Below are positions 44,241 through 52,979 of a DNA stretch of 64,000 nucleotides, one piece after another. How positions within the stretch are numbered: position 1 is the first letter of the stretch; each line of letters opens with the position of its first letter. Under the pieces are notes generated by a model. That model worked only from the letters and a program-made list of their open reading frames with translations. It searched no databases and was not told the origin of the DNA. The DNA is from Polyangiaceae bacterium (lineage in GTDB: Bacteria > Myxococcota_A > Polyangia > Polyangiales > Polyangiaceae): the NCBI GenBank assembly GCA_050287085.1, contig JBNKBE010000002.1, positions 32,001 through 96,000 of the forward strand. Direction: 5' to 3'. Position numbers and translations under genes: made by a program.

Positions 44241-44284
44241 CTGTGCTTAGCCTTGGGCGGTGCTGTGTTTAGCCTTGGGCGGCG
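44241..44284. repeat. 22-bp tandem duplication covering the lyase stop codon
   Basis: CTGTGCTTAGCCTTGGGCGGTG / CTGTGTTTAGCCTTGGGCGGCG (20 of 22 identical). Confidence 0.8.
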
Positions 44285-46053
44285 CGCCGTGAGCGTCTTT
44301 GCCACGCGAGGGCGGCACCCAATGTGAGCCAGAGCAGGGCCAGAGGGTGGGTCTCACCTTTTAGCCCAAGCGTGGAGCAGGAACAGCCCGCTGACGGATC
44401 GACGTTGGTGGTGTTGTCGCTGGCAGCGGGTAGGGCCCCGCCTGCGCTATCAGCCGCACCGGCGCTACCGGCCGCAGCGGGAGCGCCGCCTTCACCGGTG
44501 CCGCCGCTCGAACCCGGCGCCGCCGCGGGCTGACCCCCCGTTGTAGCGCCGCCGGCGCCCGCGTTGGGGGCTTGCACCGGGGGGCCCGCACCGTCCATTC
44601 CGCCCGTTTCGGAAGGCGTCGCGGGGCTGCCGCCGGGGTCACCGCTGCCGGCGGCGCCGCCCACGTTGCCCTCTCCGCCCTCGCCCGCTTGTCCAGCGTC
44701 CCCACCGTCGCCGCCTGCGCCGCCTGCGCCGGCGGTGGGTTCAGCAGGAGGTGTTAGTTCCGGCCCCGACTCGAAGGCTCCCAGATCAGGGGCGTCGCCG
44801 TTGTAGTTGAGGCCTACGTCGACGCCGCTATCGATCAGGTTGCTGCTCGCCGAAAGATGCAGAAAGGTCAGCACCGGCAGCCTGCCGTCGTTTCGGCGCG
44901 GACCGTCGGCGCCGTTGCTATCCAAAGAGGTGAAGTCCGCTGCGGAGGGGGCAGCGGGTCTATCCCAGGAGTTGTATTGCGAGTCGTCCGGCGTTGAGTT
45001 GGACAATGCGCCGCCGCGCCCGAAAGCGATGTTGTTGCGCAGCACGTGGCGCGCTTCACCGACGTCGTCCAACATGTCGTAGTTTCGAGGATTGTCGTAG
45101 GCCGTGTTGTTGTAGAAGCGCAGGGCACCAGGGTGGTGATTGGCGTAGAAGCCCTGCGTGCGGTTGTTCCAGGCCACGCAGCGATGCACTTCGTGTACGG
45201 GTAGGTCCGCAGGAAAGCGGCTCGAGTCCAGGCCGAAGCCACCTGACTTGAAGCCTGCGCCATTGCCCGCAGCGTTTTCTGTGTCTGGTATCCATCCGTT
45301 GCGCCACGCCCACGAGTCTTCGACCAAGCAGCTACCTGGGGCGTTGATGAAGTCGTAGCCGTCGTCGCTATTCTCCCAAGCGCGGCAGCCGCTGAGGATG
45401 TTGTTGCCCCCCGTGGAGTGGCAGCCGAAGCCGTCCCCGCTGCCGCCGCTTTCGAGAACGTCGTAGTTGTGATGAGAATCGCAGTTCAAAACATGATTGT
45501 CACTGCCGCTTGTGATGAAGACTCCGGGCGCTTCGTTGTGGTGGACGTTGAGCTGCTCCAGGACGTTATGACTGCCGCGAATGCGCACGCCCCAGGAGTC
45601 CTCACCGTCTCGGAACTGTCTTACGCCCGTGACTTCCATGCCGCGGATGTGCAGGTAGTCCGCCGTGATGTCGAAGCCCGTGATCCGCGCGGTGGGTGCG
45701 ACGGCGCTGAGATCGAAGTGCGGTGCTTCTCCGGCTACCGCGAAATAGCGGATCGGCTTACCCATCTGGCCGCTCTTGCTGAAGGCAACCCCAACGGTAC
45801 CACTGCTGAAGGCATAGGTGCCTCCGTGGACCCATACGGTGTCGCCTGGGGCGGCCGCTTGCTGCGCCCGGGTCAGGGAAGCAAACGGTGCCGCTTCCGT
45901 GCCAGCGGCCTCGTCGCTCCCGTCCGCCGAAACATAGTATTCAGCCGCGGTTGCGGTGGCCGTCCAGCTGAGCCACGAAAGACAAGGCACAACCCAAGCC
46001 CAACTTGGGCGGAAAGGTGACGGCCGGAGGGAGATGAGGCGGGGCCAGAACAT
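44269..46053 (-). CDS. Secreted right-handed beta-helix polysaccharide lyase (PL9/Pel9A-like) with MYXO-CTERM anchor
   Basis: YYVSADGSD...PGDTV..HGGTY, NSDDGYD and GNGAGFKSGG motifs; Gly/Ala linker; GCSCS-TM-RRSRR end. Confidence 0.85.
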   Translation of the reverse strand: MFWPRLISLRPSPFRPSWAWVVPCLSWLSWTATATAAEYYVSADGSDEAAGTEAAPFASLTRAQQAAAPGDTVWVHGGTYAFSSGTVGVAFSKSGQMGKPIRYFAVAGEAPHFDLSAVAPTARITGFDITADYLHIRGMEVTGVRQFRDGEDSWGVRIRGSHNVLEQLNVHHNEAPGVFITSGSDNHVLNCDSHHNYDVLESGGSGDGFGCHSTGGNNILSGCRAWENSDDGYDFINAPGSCLVEDSWAWRNGWIPDTENAAGNGAGFKSGGFGLDSSRFPADLPVHEVHRCVAWNNRTQGFYANHHPGALRFYNNTAYDNPRNYDMLDDVGEARHVLRNNIAFGRGGALSNSTPDDSQYNSWDRPAAPSAADFTSLDSNGADGPRRNDGRLPVLTFLHLSASSNLIDSGVDVGLNYNGDAPDLGAFESGPELTPPAEPTAGAGGAGGDGGDAGQAGEGGEGNVGGAAGSGDPGGSPATPSETGGMDGAGPPVQAPNAGAGGATTGGQPAAAPGSSGGTGEGGAPAAAGSAGAADSAGGALPAASDNTTNVDPSAGCSCSTLGLKGETHPLALLWLTLGAALAWQRRSRRAAQG

Positions 46054-46135
46054 GTTGGCTCCACCTTAGCAGCGGCGGCGGCCGGGAGCTAGCGTCCGAC
46101 TCGGCCCGGGCTTGAGCAGCCCTTTGGGAGCCCCC

Positions 46136-46759
46136 CTACGCGAGAGCCGGACGGCGCGCGACGAGATCGATGAGCGCCGAACGTCCCTTATGCCCGTCGC
46201 CTTCGTGCAGTTCGCGGTCGTAGGCTTCTAGTCGCAGGATGTGCCAGTCGCTGAAGGCCCCATGCAGCAATGGGCGAGTGTATAGCTGCTCTTCGACAGG
46301 TGGTCCGCCGGTCTTGTACTCCAGCTGCTTGGGCGTGTAGCCGTGAAGAAGAACCAAGCCACCCGGACGCACCGCTTGTTTGATGCCGGCGAAGATCTCC
46401 TGACGAAGCGCCGGGGGAGCAAATTGAATGAAGACCGCAACGATCGCGTCGAACTCGCCGTTAGGCCATGACCAACCTGCCAGGTCGAGCACACGAAAGT
46501 CCACGTGCACGCCGCGCTCATTGGCCAAGCGCCTGGCTTTGGCGACTCCGGCGCTCGCGATATCAGTCGCCAGCACATCATGCCCCTGTTCGGCGAGGAA
46601 TACCGAGTTGCGTCCCTCACCGTCCGCGGGCACGAGCACGCGGGAATGGGGTTGCAACAAGCCCGCTTGCTCCGCAACGAACGCAGCCGGCTCAGTACCA
46701 AATACGTACGCCTCACGCTCGAAGCGACCGTTCCAAAACTCTTCGTCAGGACTGGGCAT
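46136..46759 (-). CDS. SAM-dependent methyltransferase (TehB-like)
   Basis: VFGTEP, VPADGEGRNSVFLA, RPGG and TGGPP motifs. Confidence 0.9.
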   Translation of the reverse strand: MPSPDEEFWNGRFEREAYVFGTEPAAFVAEQAGLLQPHSRVLVPADGEGRNSVFLAEQGHDVLATDIASAGVAKARRLANERGVHVDFRVLDLAGWSWPNGEFDAIVAVFIQFAPPALRQEIFAGIKQAVRPGGLVLLHGYTPKQLEYKTGGPPVEEQLYTRPLLHGAFSDWHILRLEAYDRELHEGDGHKGRSALIDLVARRPALA

Positions 46760-46849
46760 GAGGGGCCTTTGACATGAGGGAATTGCGTTTGGGGGCGATG
46801 CCGCCTTCCGACAAGCCCCTGGGCATGCCGATTTGAGCCATGGCCACGG

Positions 46850-48019
46850 CTACTGACAGGGGGAGCCGCGGAAAACCGCGTCGCAACCGTCTTCTTTCCC
46901 GCTTGCGAGAATCGAGACCGCTTGGTGTATTCGGCACTGCACGACCTTGAGCTTGTCCGGTTCATTCACAGCGTAGCCGCTATTGCGAGCGGCGCCGTCC
47001 CATGATTCACATTCGAGCTGACACGCATCGTCATCGGCGAAGGTGTTGTCATAGGTCGCTTCACAAGCGACCCTCGCCAGCCGACAATAAGACTCGCAGT
47101 TCCCGCTAGGGCCGTCAGCCTCCGCGCCGCCGCAGTGGCCATCACCCGCAGGGCCGGCGTGCGGACAGTGGACCTTTGCTGCCCCAAGTGCGTTGTAAGC
47201 GTGATAGTGCCGGCACCCCACCGTGTTGGCGTTGGTGTCCGAAGCTTTTCCGGGGCTCAGCGCATTGCACGCCGCCATGCAGGCGTCGCGGTCTTCATAG
47301 ACCGCGTTCGCTCCCTCGCAAGAGGCCATGACCGTGGTGCAGTAGTCTTCGCAGGCGGGCGTCTCGTCGCTATTGTTGCACTTCTCTGGTGAGCCAACAC
47401 GTGCGTGAATGCAATGGCTCGTGTCTCCCAGGACAGCGGCTTCAAGATGAACGAGCCGACATTGTACGGTATCACCGTAGTAGTTGTCCTTCAGGCTGTA
47501 GCCGCCGTGATCGGGGACGGCGGCACATTGGCGTTGGCATTCGTCGAGCGCCAGCTTCGGTTCGCAAAGCGGAACGTAGAGCGCACAATACGCATTGCAC
47601 GGATCGTCGCACTTCACGGAGTCAGCGGGTGATTCACGGCCGGCCGGACCCGCCACAAGGCAGATTCCGGGGCCTTCGACCCCAACGCGCGCATTGCGCG
47701 CCCGACACTGCAGCGGGGCGTCGTCGTCTGAAGAGCTGGTCTCGGCTTCTGACTGTTCCAGCAGGGCGCACACCGCCTCGCAGGAAGCCTGCGTGGAATA
47801 GGCGGCGTCGTCTCCTTCGCAGTTTTGAGCCAACGAAGTGCAGTAGTCCTGGCACAACTCCGAAGGTGCCATGTCGTCGGCTGTGCCTGCGTCCAGATCC
47901 GCTGTGGGGCTATCGTCGTCCGGGGCGGCGAGTTTCGGATCGAAGTTCCGATCGGGCACGCACGACGCGACCAGTGCGAGCAGGCCTACGCCCACCACTT
48001 TCGAGGCTATTGTCTTCAC
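46850..48019 (-). CDS. Cys-rich repeat lipoprotein
   Basis: Lipobox VASC; four CxxYC...CR repeats; GTG start abuts the upstream stop. Confidence 0.8.
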   Translation of the reverse strand: MKTIASKVVGVGLLALVASCVPDRNFDPKLAAPDDDSPTADLDAGTADDMAPSELCQDYCTSLAQNCEGDDAAYSTQASCEAVCALLEQSEAETSSSDDDAPLQCRARNARVGVEGPGICLVAGPAGRESPADSVKCDDPCNAYCALYVPLCEPKLALDECQRQCAAVPDHGGYSLKDNYYGDTVQCRLVHLEAAVLGDTSHCIHARVGSPEKCNNSDETPACEDYCTTVMASCEGANAVYEDRDACMAACNALSPGKASDTNANTVGCRHYHAYNALGAAKVHCPHAGPAGDGHCGGAEADGPSGNCESYCRLARVACEATYDNTFADDDACQLECESWDGAARNSGYAVNEPDKLKVVQCRIHQAVSILASGKEDGCDAVFRGSPCQ

Positions 48020-49063
48020 CTAGAACGCCCCTCGGTAGTTGAGTCCCATGAACCTTGGATTGGCTTCTAGCGTTAGAGCGTCAGCGGTGGATTCTTCGTC
48101 GTCTGTCAGAACGTACAACAGCGCGCTGGTGGCGAGGCATACGCCGCCTGTCGCAAAGCCGATGACGGATAGTAGCTGCATGCTTTGCGCTCGATTTGAC
48201 AACGTTTCGCCTTGGCGATCGAAACAGCGGTTGTTCACGCAATACTCTTTTGCTTGGTCGTCCAGGTTGTGGGCGCGCAGCGACAAGAGGACGCCAGCGC
48301 TGACGCTGAGCAGTCCCACTCCGCCCAGAATCCAACTCGGGGCATGATTGACCCCGTGCCGGATGGGAGGCGGCGGGGCGGGGCTTGTTGTTTCCGGCGG
48401 ACTGGAAGTGACAGGTGCCGAGGCAGGCTCGGGAACGACGTTGGCTACTAGTGGGGGAACTATCACCTCGGTTTCCTGTGGCGTGTTCTCGATGACAATC
48501 GACTGCTCCCAACGTTGATACCCAGGCGCTTCCGCAACCAGGGTATGAGGGCCGGGATCGACGGGCGTCGGAACCCCCAGCAGCGCTCGAGGCACGGGCA
48601 CGCCGTCGCTTGTCAGCGTTAGGTCGGCAACGGCTTCGTCAGCGACCCGTATAGTGAGGCGAGCGAGCAGCGGTTCAAGCCGCTTGGCGCGCGCTTCACC
48701 GATCTCAGCGCGCTCGCTTTGACGCAGCTCGCGAGCCAGTGAGGAGGCTTCTCGAAAGGTCACCCAGGCGCTGGCGCTTCGTCCCGTCCGTTCGTAACAC
48801 TCGGCCAGGTACAGCAAAGTGCCGACGGCTGGGTCGACGCGTTGACTCTGCTCGAAACTGCGACAGGCGCCCTTCAAGTCGTTGGCCTCGAGCTGCTTGA
48901 GTCCCTTGTCGAATAGCGTTTCTGCGGCGGCCTTTTCGGCCGTCGTACGCTGCGCGTGCGCCGCGGCCGAAAGGGTTAGCCCCAGCGCCACCAAGAGTCC
49001 GGCGGCGCTACGACGTCTGGCCTTGGAGCTCGCACCACGGCCAATGGCCAAACCGATCACCAT
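48020..49063 (-). CDS. TPR + PEGA-like protein with C-terminal hydrophobic segments
   Basis: AETLFDKG...TLLYLAECYERTGRSASAW (TPR) and PVDPGPHTLVAEAPGY (PEGA-like). Start uncertain. Confidence 0.8.
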   Translation of the reverse strand: MVIGLAIGRGASSKARRRSAAGLLVALGLTLSAAAHAQRTTAEKAAAETLFDKGLKQLEANDLKGACRSFEQSQRVDPAVGTLLYLAECYERTGRSASAWVTFREASSLARELRQSERAEIGEARAKRLEPLLARLTIRVADEAVADLTLTSDGVPVPRALLGVPTPVDPGPHTLVAEAPGYQRWEQSIVIENTPQETEVIVPPLVANVVPEPASAPVTSSPPETTSPAPPPPIRHGVNHAPSWILGGVGLLSVSAGVLLSLRAHNLDDQAKEYCVNNRCFDRQGETLSNRAQSMQLLSVIGFATGGVCLATSALLYVLTDDEESTADALTLEANPRFMGLNYRGAF

Positions 49064-49194
49064 GGGCGCAAGGCTAGCCAAAACCCCTGCAAACGTCACG
49101 CGTCGCCCCAGTGGAAAGCGAGGCGGCGACACTCCGAACAACGATCCGGCCGAGTTCGGGTCGTGCTGCTCCCAGAAATCGTCCTCAGTGGTCC

Positions 49195-50811
49195 TCAGCG
49201 ACGGCCACCAAAATGCGTGAAACCGGCTGACGCCTTGGTCGAGGCGGGCGCCGTAGCGGGCGTTGCCGGCGACGCGGGGGATGGAGCCACGGTGGACGCG
49301 GGTGACGTGGTCTTCCAACGTGGGGGCGCCTTCGCGACGGGCCGTGCCGGCGGCGGCTCAGGTGGGCGGGGCGCTATTGGCGCTGCGCGGGGGGGAGGCT
49401 CAGCAGTGCTGGCCACCGACTCCGTGTCCTCGGCGGCAACCCCTTCAGTGGCGGGGGGGGCTGAGTCGACGACCGGGAGCACCGAGGGTTCAGCGGACGG
49501 CGCGGTTGCCTTCGAGGGCGCATCAGACGGGGCGCTGGCGGGAGACGGGGCGCTGGCGGGCACCTCGAACGCCGGAGCCACCTCTGGCTCTTCCCCGTTG
49601 GCCTTCGCCCCGGAGGCGATCCCGCTTGCTGCGAGCTGTTGTTTGGGGGTGGGGTTCACGAAGAAGAGTCCTGCCGCGGCCACGGCGACGACTCCGACGG
49701 CGCCAAGTATCAGCGGCGCCTTGCGTCGCTGGCTCGTCGGGGTGGTGTTCCCCCACGAGGCCATCGTGCCTTGGCCGCCCCCTTGTGCGCCCGACCGCTG
49801 ACCTGACATCGCCTCCACCGAGATCGGCAGGGAGAGGTCCGTTTCTGCTCCTGCCCCGGAAGGCAGCTCTGAACGTCCCGCGGTCAACGTGGAACTCGAC
49901 GGTTGCCCCAGAATACGCTCCACCCGCTCCGCGCTGGCGGGGCCGCCAGCGGTGAGCGGTCCGAGGGCCAGCGCGAGCTTTGCGACGGTGCGAAAGCGCG
50001 TCTCGCGCGGCGCCAGACAACGGTCCACGATGGCGTCCGGCTCGGGTCCAAGTTCCGGGCAGAAATCCGCGATCCGCTGTCTTTCACCCGTGAGCACCGC
50101 GCGTACTAGTTGCGGCAGCGACTCGCCCTGGAATGGCACCTGACCCGTTACCAGCTCGAAGAAGATGACGCCAAGTGACCAGATATCCGCTTGCTGATCG
50201 GCGTGTTTTGCCGACTCCAGCTGCTCGGGGGACATGTACAGCGGAGAGCCGACCATCGCGCGCGTCCGAGTCAAGGAAAGCTGGTCGCCGTTGGAGTCCC
50301 CGAGCAGGCTCTTCGAGATTCCAAAATCGAGCACCTTCAGGCAGTCCGAGCCGTCAGGGCGGCGGGTCAGAAAGAGGTTTGCGGGCTTGAGATCCCGATG
50401 AACGATACCCATTGCGTGGGCTGAGGCGATGGCTTCGCAGGCGTGCAGCATCAGCCGGGTGGCCTCCGCGACCGGAAGGCGACCGCGTTGCTGCAGCACG
50501 CGCGAGAGATCAGCGCCGTCCAGGAACTCCATCACCATGAAAGGCACGCCGCCCTCCATCGTACCGACGTCCAGCACGCGCGCGACGTGTTCGCTCCGGA
50601 TCTTGACCGCGGCGCGGGCTTCCCTTCGGAAACGCTCTGACGCCTCGACGTTCTCCGCCAGGCTCGGGAGCAAGAACTTCATCGCCACCGGCTGGTCCAA
50701 TTCGACGTGGCGTGCCGCGACCACGACACCCATGCCCCCGTGCCCGAGGATACGCTCAACCCGATACTTGTCGGCCAATATCTGACCGGGTTCCACGGGA
50801 CATTCCAGCAT
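49195..50811 (-). CDS. Hanks-type Ser/Thr protein kinase with TM and Pro/Ala-rich tail
   Basis: LGHGGMGVV, VAMK, HRDLKPAN, DFG and YMSPEQ motifs. Confidence 0.96.
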   Translation of the reverse strand: MLECPVEPGQILADKYRVERILGHGGMGVVVAARHVELDQPVAMKFLLPSLAENVEASERFRREARAAVKIRSEHVARVLDVGTMEGGVPFMVMEFLDGADLSRVLQQRGRLPVAEATRLMLHACEAIASAHAMGIVHRDLKPANLFLTRRPDGSDCLKVLDFGISKSLLGDSNGDQLSLTRTRAMVGSPLYMSPEQLESAKHADQQADIWSLGVIFFELVTGQVPFQGESLPQLVRAVLTGERQRIADFCPELGPEPDAIVDRCLAPRETRFRTVAKLALALGPLTAGGPASAERVERILGQPSSSTLTAGRSELPSGAGAETDLSLPISVEAMSGQRSGAQGGGQGTMASWGNTTPTSQRRKAPLILGAVGVVAVAAAGLFFVNPTPKQQLAASGIASGAKANGEEPEVAPAFEVPASAPSPASAPSDAPSKATAPSAEPSVLPVVDSAPPATEGVAAEDTESVASTAEPPPRAAPIAPRPPEPPPARPVAKAPPRWKTTSPASTVAPSPASPATPATAPASTKASAGFTHFGGRR

Positions 50812-51121
50812 GGCTCACGTCTTAGCGTGCTGGTCCCGCGTCGGCCATGATTGCCTTGTTCTCCTGGGGCATTTTTTGTCGCGCTTGGGTGTGCCCGACG
50901 CCCAGTGGGAGCAGCAGGCCTACATCAGTCGTCCTGCGTGCGGTCCGCCGCAGTTGATGGGACGGGGCCGCCTTGGGACCGCTCCTCGGCCAGAAATTAG
51001 GCCTGAGTGGGAGGTGCGGCTGGGCGCCGTGACCCAGTAGGCACTGAACAATGCTTCATGTAGGCGCTTGGCTGTCTTGTAAGTATTCGAAATTACGGAA
51101 ACTTCATCAAGTGCTCAGATG

Positions 51122-51187
51122 TTGACACCGGGCCGGTGCAGGCGTAGCTTCGGGTCGCCCAGTGGGAAATAGTGGACCATCGTGTCG
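51122..51187 (+). promoter_or_regulatory. sigma70 promoter of the dcw cluster with MraZ-box-like repeats
   Basis: TTGACA (51122)-17 nt-TAGCTT (51145); GTGGGA/GTGGAC/GTGTCG at a 10-bp period (51162, 51172, 51182). Confidence 0.75.
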
Positions 51188-51214
51188 CTTCCTCCCAAAA
51201 AGGGGATCACAAGG

Positions 51215-51670
51215 ATGTTCCGCGGACAGTCTCGACATACGATCGACCCCAAGGGGCGTCTGAGCCTTCCGGCCCGCTTTCGCGATGCGCTCGAGGCCGA
51301 CGGAGACGTGCGACTGATCCTCACAAAAGCCCCATTTGACCCGTGTCTGCATCTGTATCCCTTGAAGGTCTGGGAAGAGTACGAGAGCAAGATCTCGGCG
51401 TTGCCGATGTTTGATCCGACGGTGCAGCGCCTCCGGCGCCTCTACATCTCCCCGGCGGTGGCGCTCGAGATCGACGGCGCCGGTCGAGTGCGTGTGCCCC
51501 CGGAACTGCGCGACGCGGCCGGCCTCGACAAAGAGAAAGAGACCCTGTGGGCGGGGATGGGGCGTTTCGCCGAACTGTGGACCGTCACCCACTGGGATGC
51601 GGCAACCACCATGACTCCGGAGCAACTCATGGAAATCCGTGACACCGTCCAGGAAGTGATTCGAGTATGA
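51215..51670 (+). CDS. mraZ: Division/cell-wall cluster repressor MraZ
   Basis: MFRG...IDPKGRLSLPARFR...DGAGRVRVP. Confidence 0.96.
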   Translation: MFRGQSRHTIDPKGRLSLPARFRDALEADGDVRLILTKAPFDPCLHLYPLKVWEEYESKISALPMFDPTVQRLRRLYISPAVALEIDGAGRVRVPPELRDAAGLDKEKETLWAGMGRFAELWTVTHWDAATTMTPEQLMEIRDTVQEVIRV

Positions 51671-52632
51671 CATTGGCAGCCTTTGAGATGACGGATAGCA
51701 AACCAGCGCATGTGACAGTCATGCGAGACGAGGTCGTGTCGGGGCTCGAGTCGCTTCAGAGCGGACTCGTTATCGATGCGACCGCCGGTTACGGCGGACA
51801 CAGCGAGGCGATCTTGCGGGCCAAGCCCGGGATTTCGCTCATCGCCTTCGATCGCGACGCCATGGCCGTGGCGGCCAGTCGCGAGCGCCTACAGCCTTTT
51901 GGTCATCGTGCGCAGGTGGTGCACAGTGACTTCAGTCGGGTTCGGCAGTGCTTGGCGCGCGAGGGGATCACTCAGGTCGACGGCGTGGTGGCGGATCTGG
52001 GGGTCAGCTCGCCTCAGTTGGACCAGGACTTTCGCGGCTTGAGCTTTCGTCGCGAGGGACCTCTCGATATGCGGATGGATACGAGTCGGGGGGAAACGGC
52101 GCTGCAGCTCATCGAGCGCCTTTCGCAAGACGAGCTTGCCGACGTCGTCTTTCAGCTCGGCGAGGAGAAGCGCTCGCGTCGGGTGGCGGCGTGCATCAAG
52201 CAAGCGCTCGAAGCAGGTGAATTGGTGTCCACCTTGGACCTCAGGCGAGCCGTCGTACGTGCGGTAGGCCCGCGGCGTATCGGCGGGGTCGATCCTGCCA
52301 CGCGAACCTTTCAGGCGCTTCGCATCGCCGTCAATCGCGAACTCGAAGAGCTCGCCACTTTGCTCGGTGGGCTACACGAGTTGATTCGACCCGGGGGGGT
52401 TGCGGCTCTCATCAGCTTTCACTCCCTCGAAGACCGACTCGTCAAGCGCTGCTTTCAAGAACGTGCGCTCTGGAAGCGCGCGTCTTCGAAACCCTTGCTT
52501 CCGGGGGACGATGAGTTGGAACACAACCCCCGTGCCCGCAGTGCAAAGCTCCGGGTTGCGACCCGCACTAGCTTGATGCAGGTCCCACCCCCGATTCCGG
52601 AGGGGGTGGATCCACGGGAGTACCAGCCGTGA
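51667..52632 (+). CDS. rsmH: 16S rRNA m4C1402 methyltransferase
   Basis: DATAGYGGHS, DLGVSSPQLD, PLDMRMD and SFHSLEDR motifs. Confidence 0.97.
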   Translation: MTLAAFEMTDSKPAHVTVMRDEVVSGLESLQSGLVIDATAGYGGHSEAILRAKPGISLIAFDRDAMAVAASRERLQPFGHRAQVVHSDFSRVRQCLAREGITQVDGVVADLGVSSPQLDQDFRGLSFRREGPLDMRMDTSRGETALQLIERLSQDELADVVFQLGEEKRSRRVAACIKQALEAGELVSTLDLRRAVVRAVGPRRIGGVDPATRTFQALRIAVNRELEELATLLGGLHELIRPGGVAALISFHSLEDRLVKRCFQERALWKRASSKPLLPGDDELEHNPRARSAKLRVATRTSLMQVPPPIPEGVDPREYQP

Positions 52633-52979
52633 ACACGCGCTCGCCCTTCCTCGCGTTGTGGACACTCGCGGTGGTGGCGGCGACGGCTGCGTTTTGCGTT
52701 CATCTCGCGGTGCGCGTGCGTACCGTCGAGCTTGGCTACGAACTGGGCAAGGCCCAGGCACGCGTCGCGCGCCTGCGGGAGGTACGCCGTGTGCTCGAGC
52801 TCGAGGTGGCAAGCTACCGTGCGCCTGAGCGTGTTGGTTTTGTGGCCCGGCAGCTGCTTGGAATGTCCGAGCCATCCTCCGATCGCATCTTCTCGGCTGG
52901 TGTGATGCCGACCCGTGACGAGCAAGAAGTCGAGCCCAAAGCCGCCCGCTTCGACGTAGCCCATCGGGGGCGACCGTGA
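52629..52979 (+). CDS. ftsL: Cell division protein FtsL
   Basis: TM plus coiled coil, located between rsmH and ftsI. Confidence 0.85.
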   Translation: MNTRSPFLALWTLAVVAATAAFCVHLAVRVRTVELGYELGKAQARVARLREVRRVLELEVASYRAPERVGFVARQLLGMSEPSSDRIFSAGVMPTRDEQEVEPKAARFDVAHRGRP

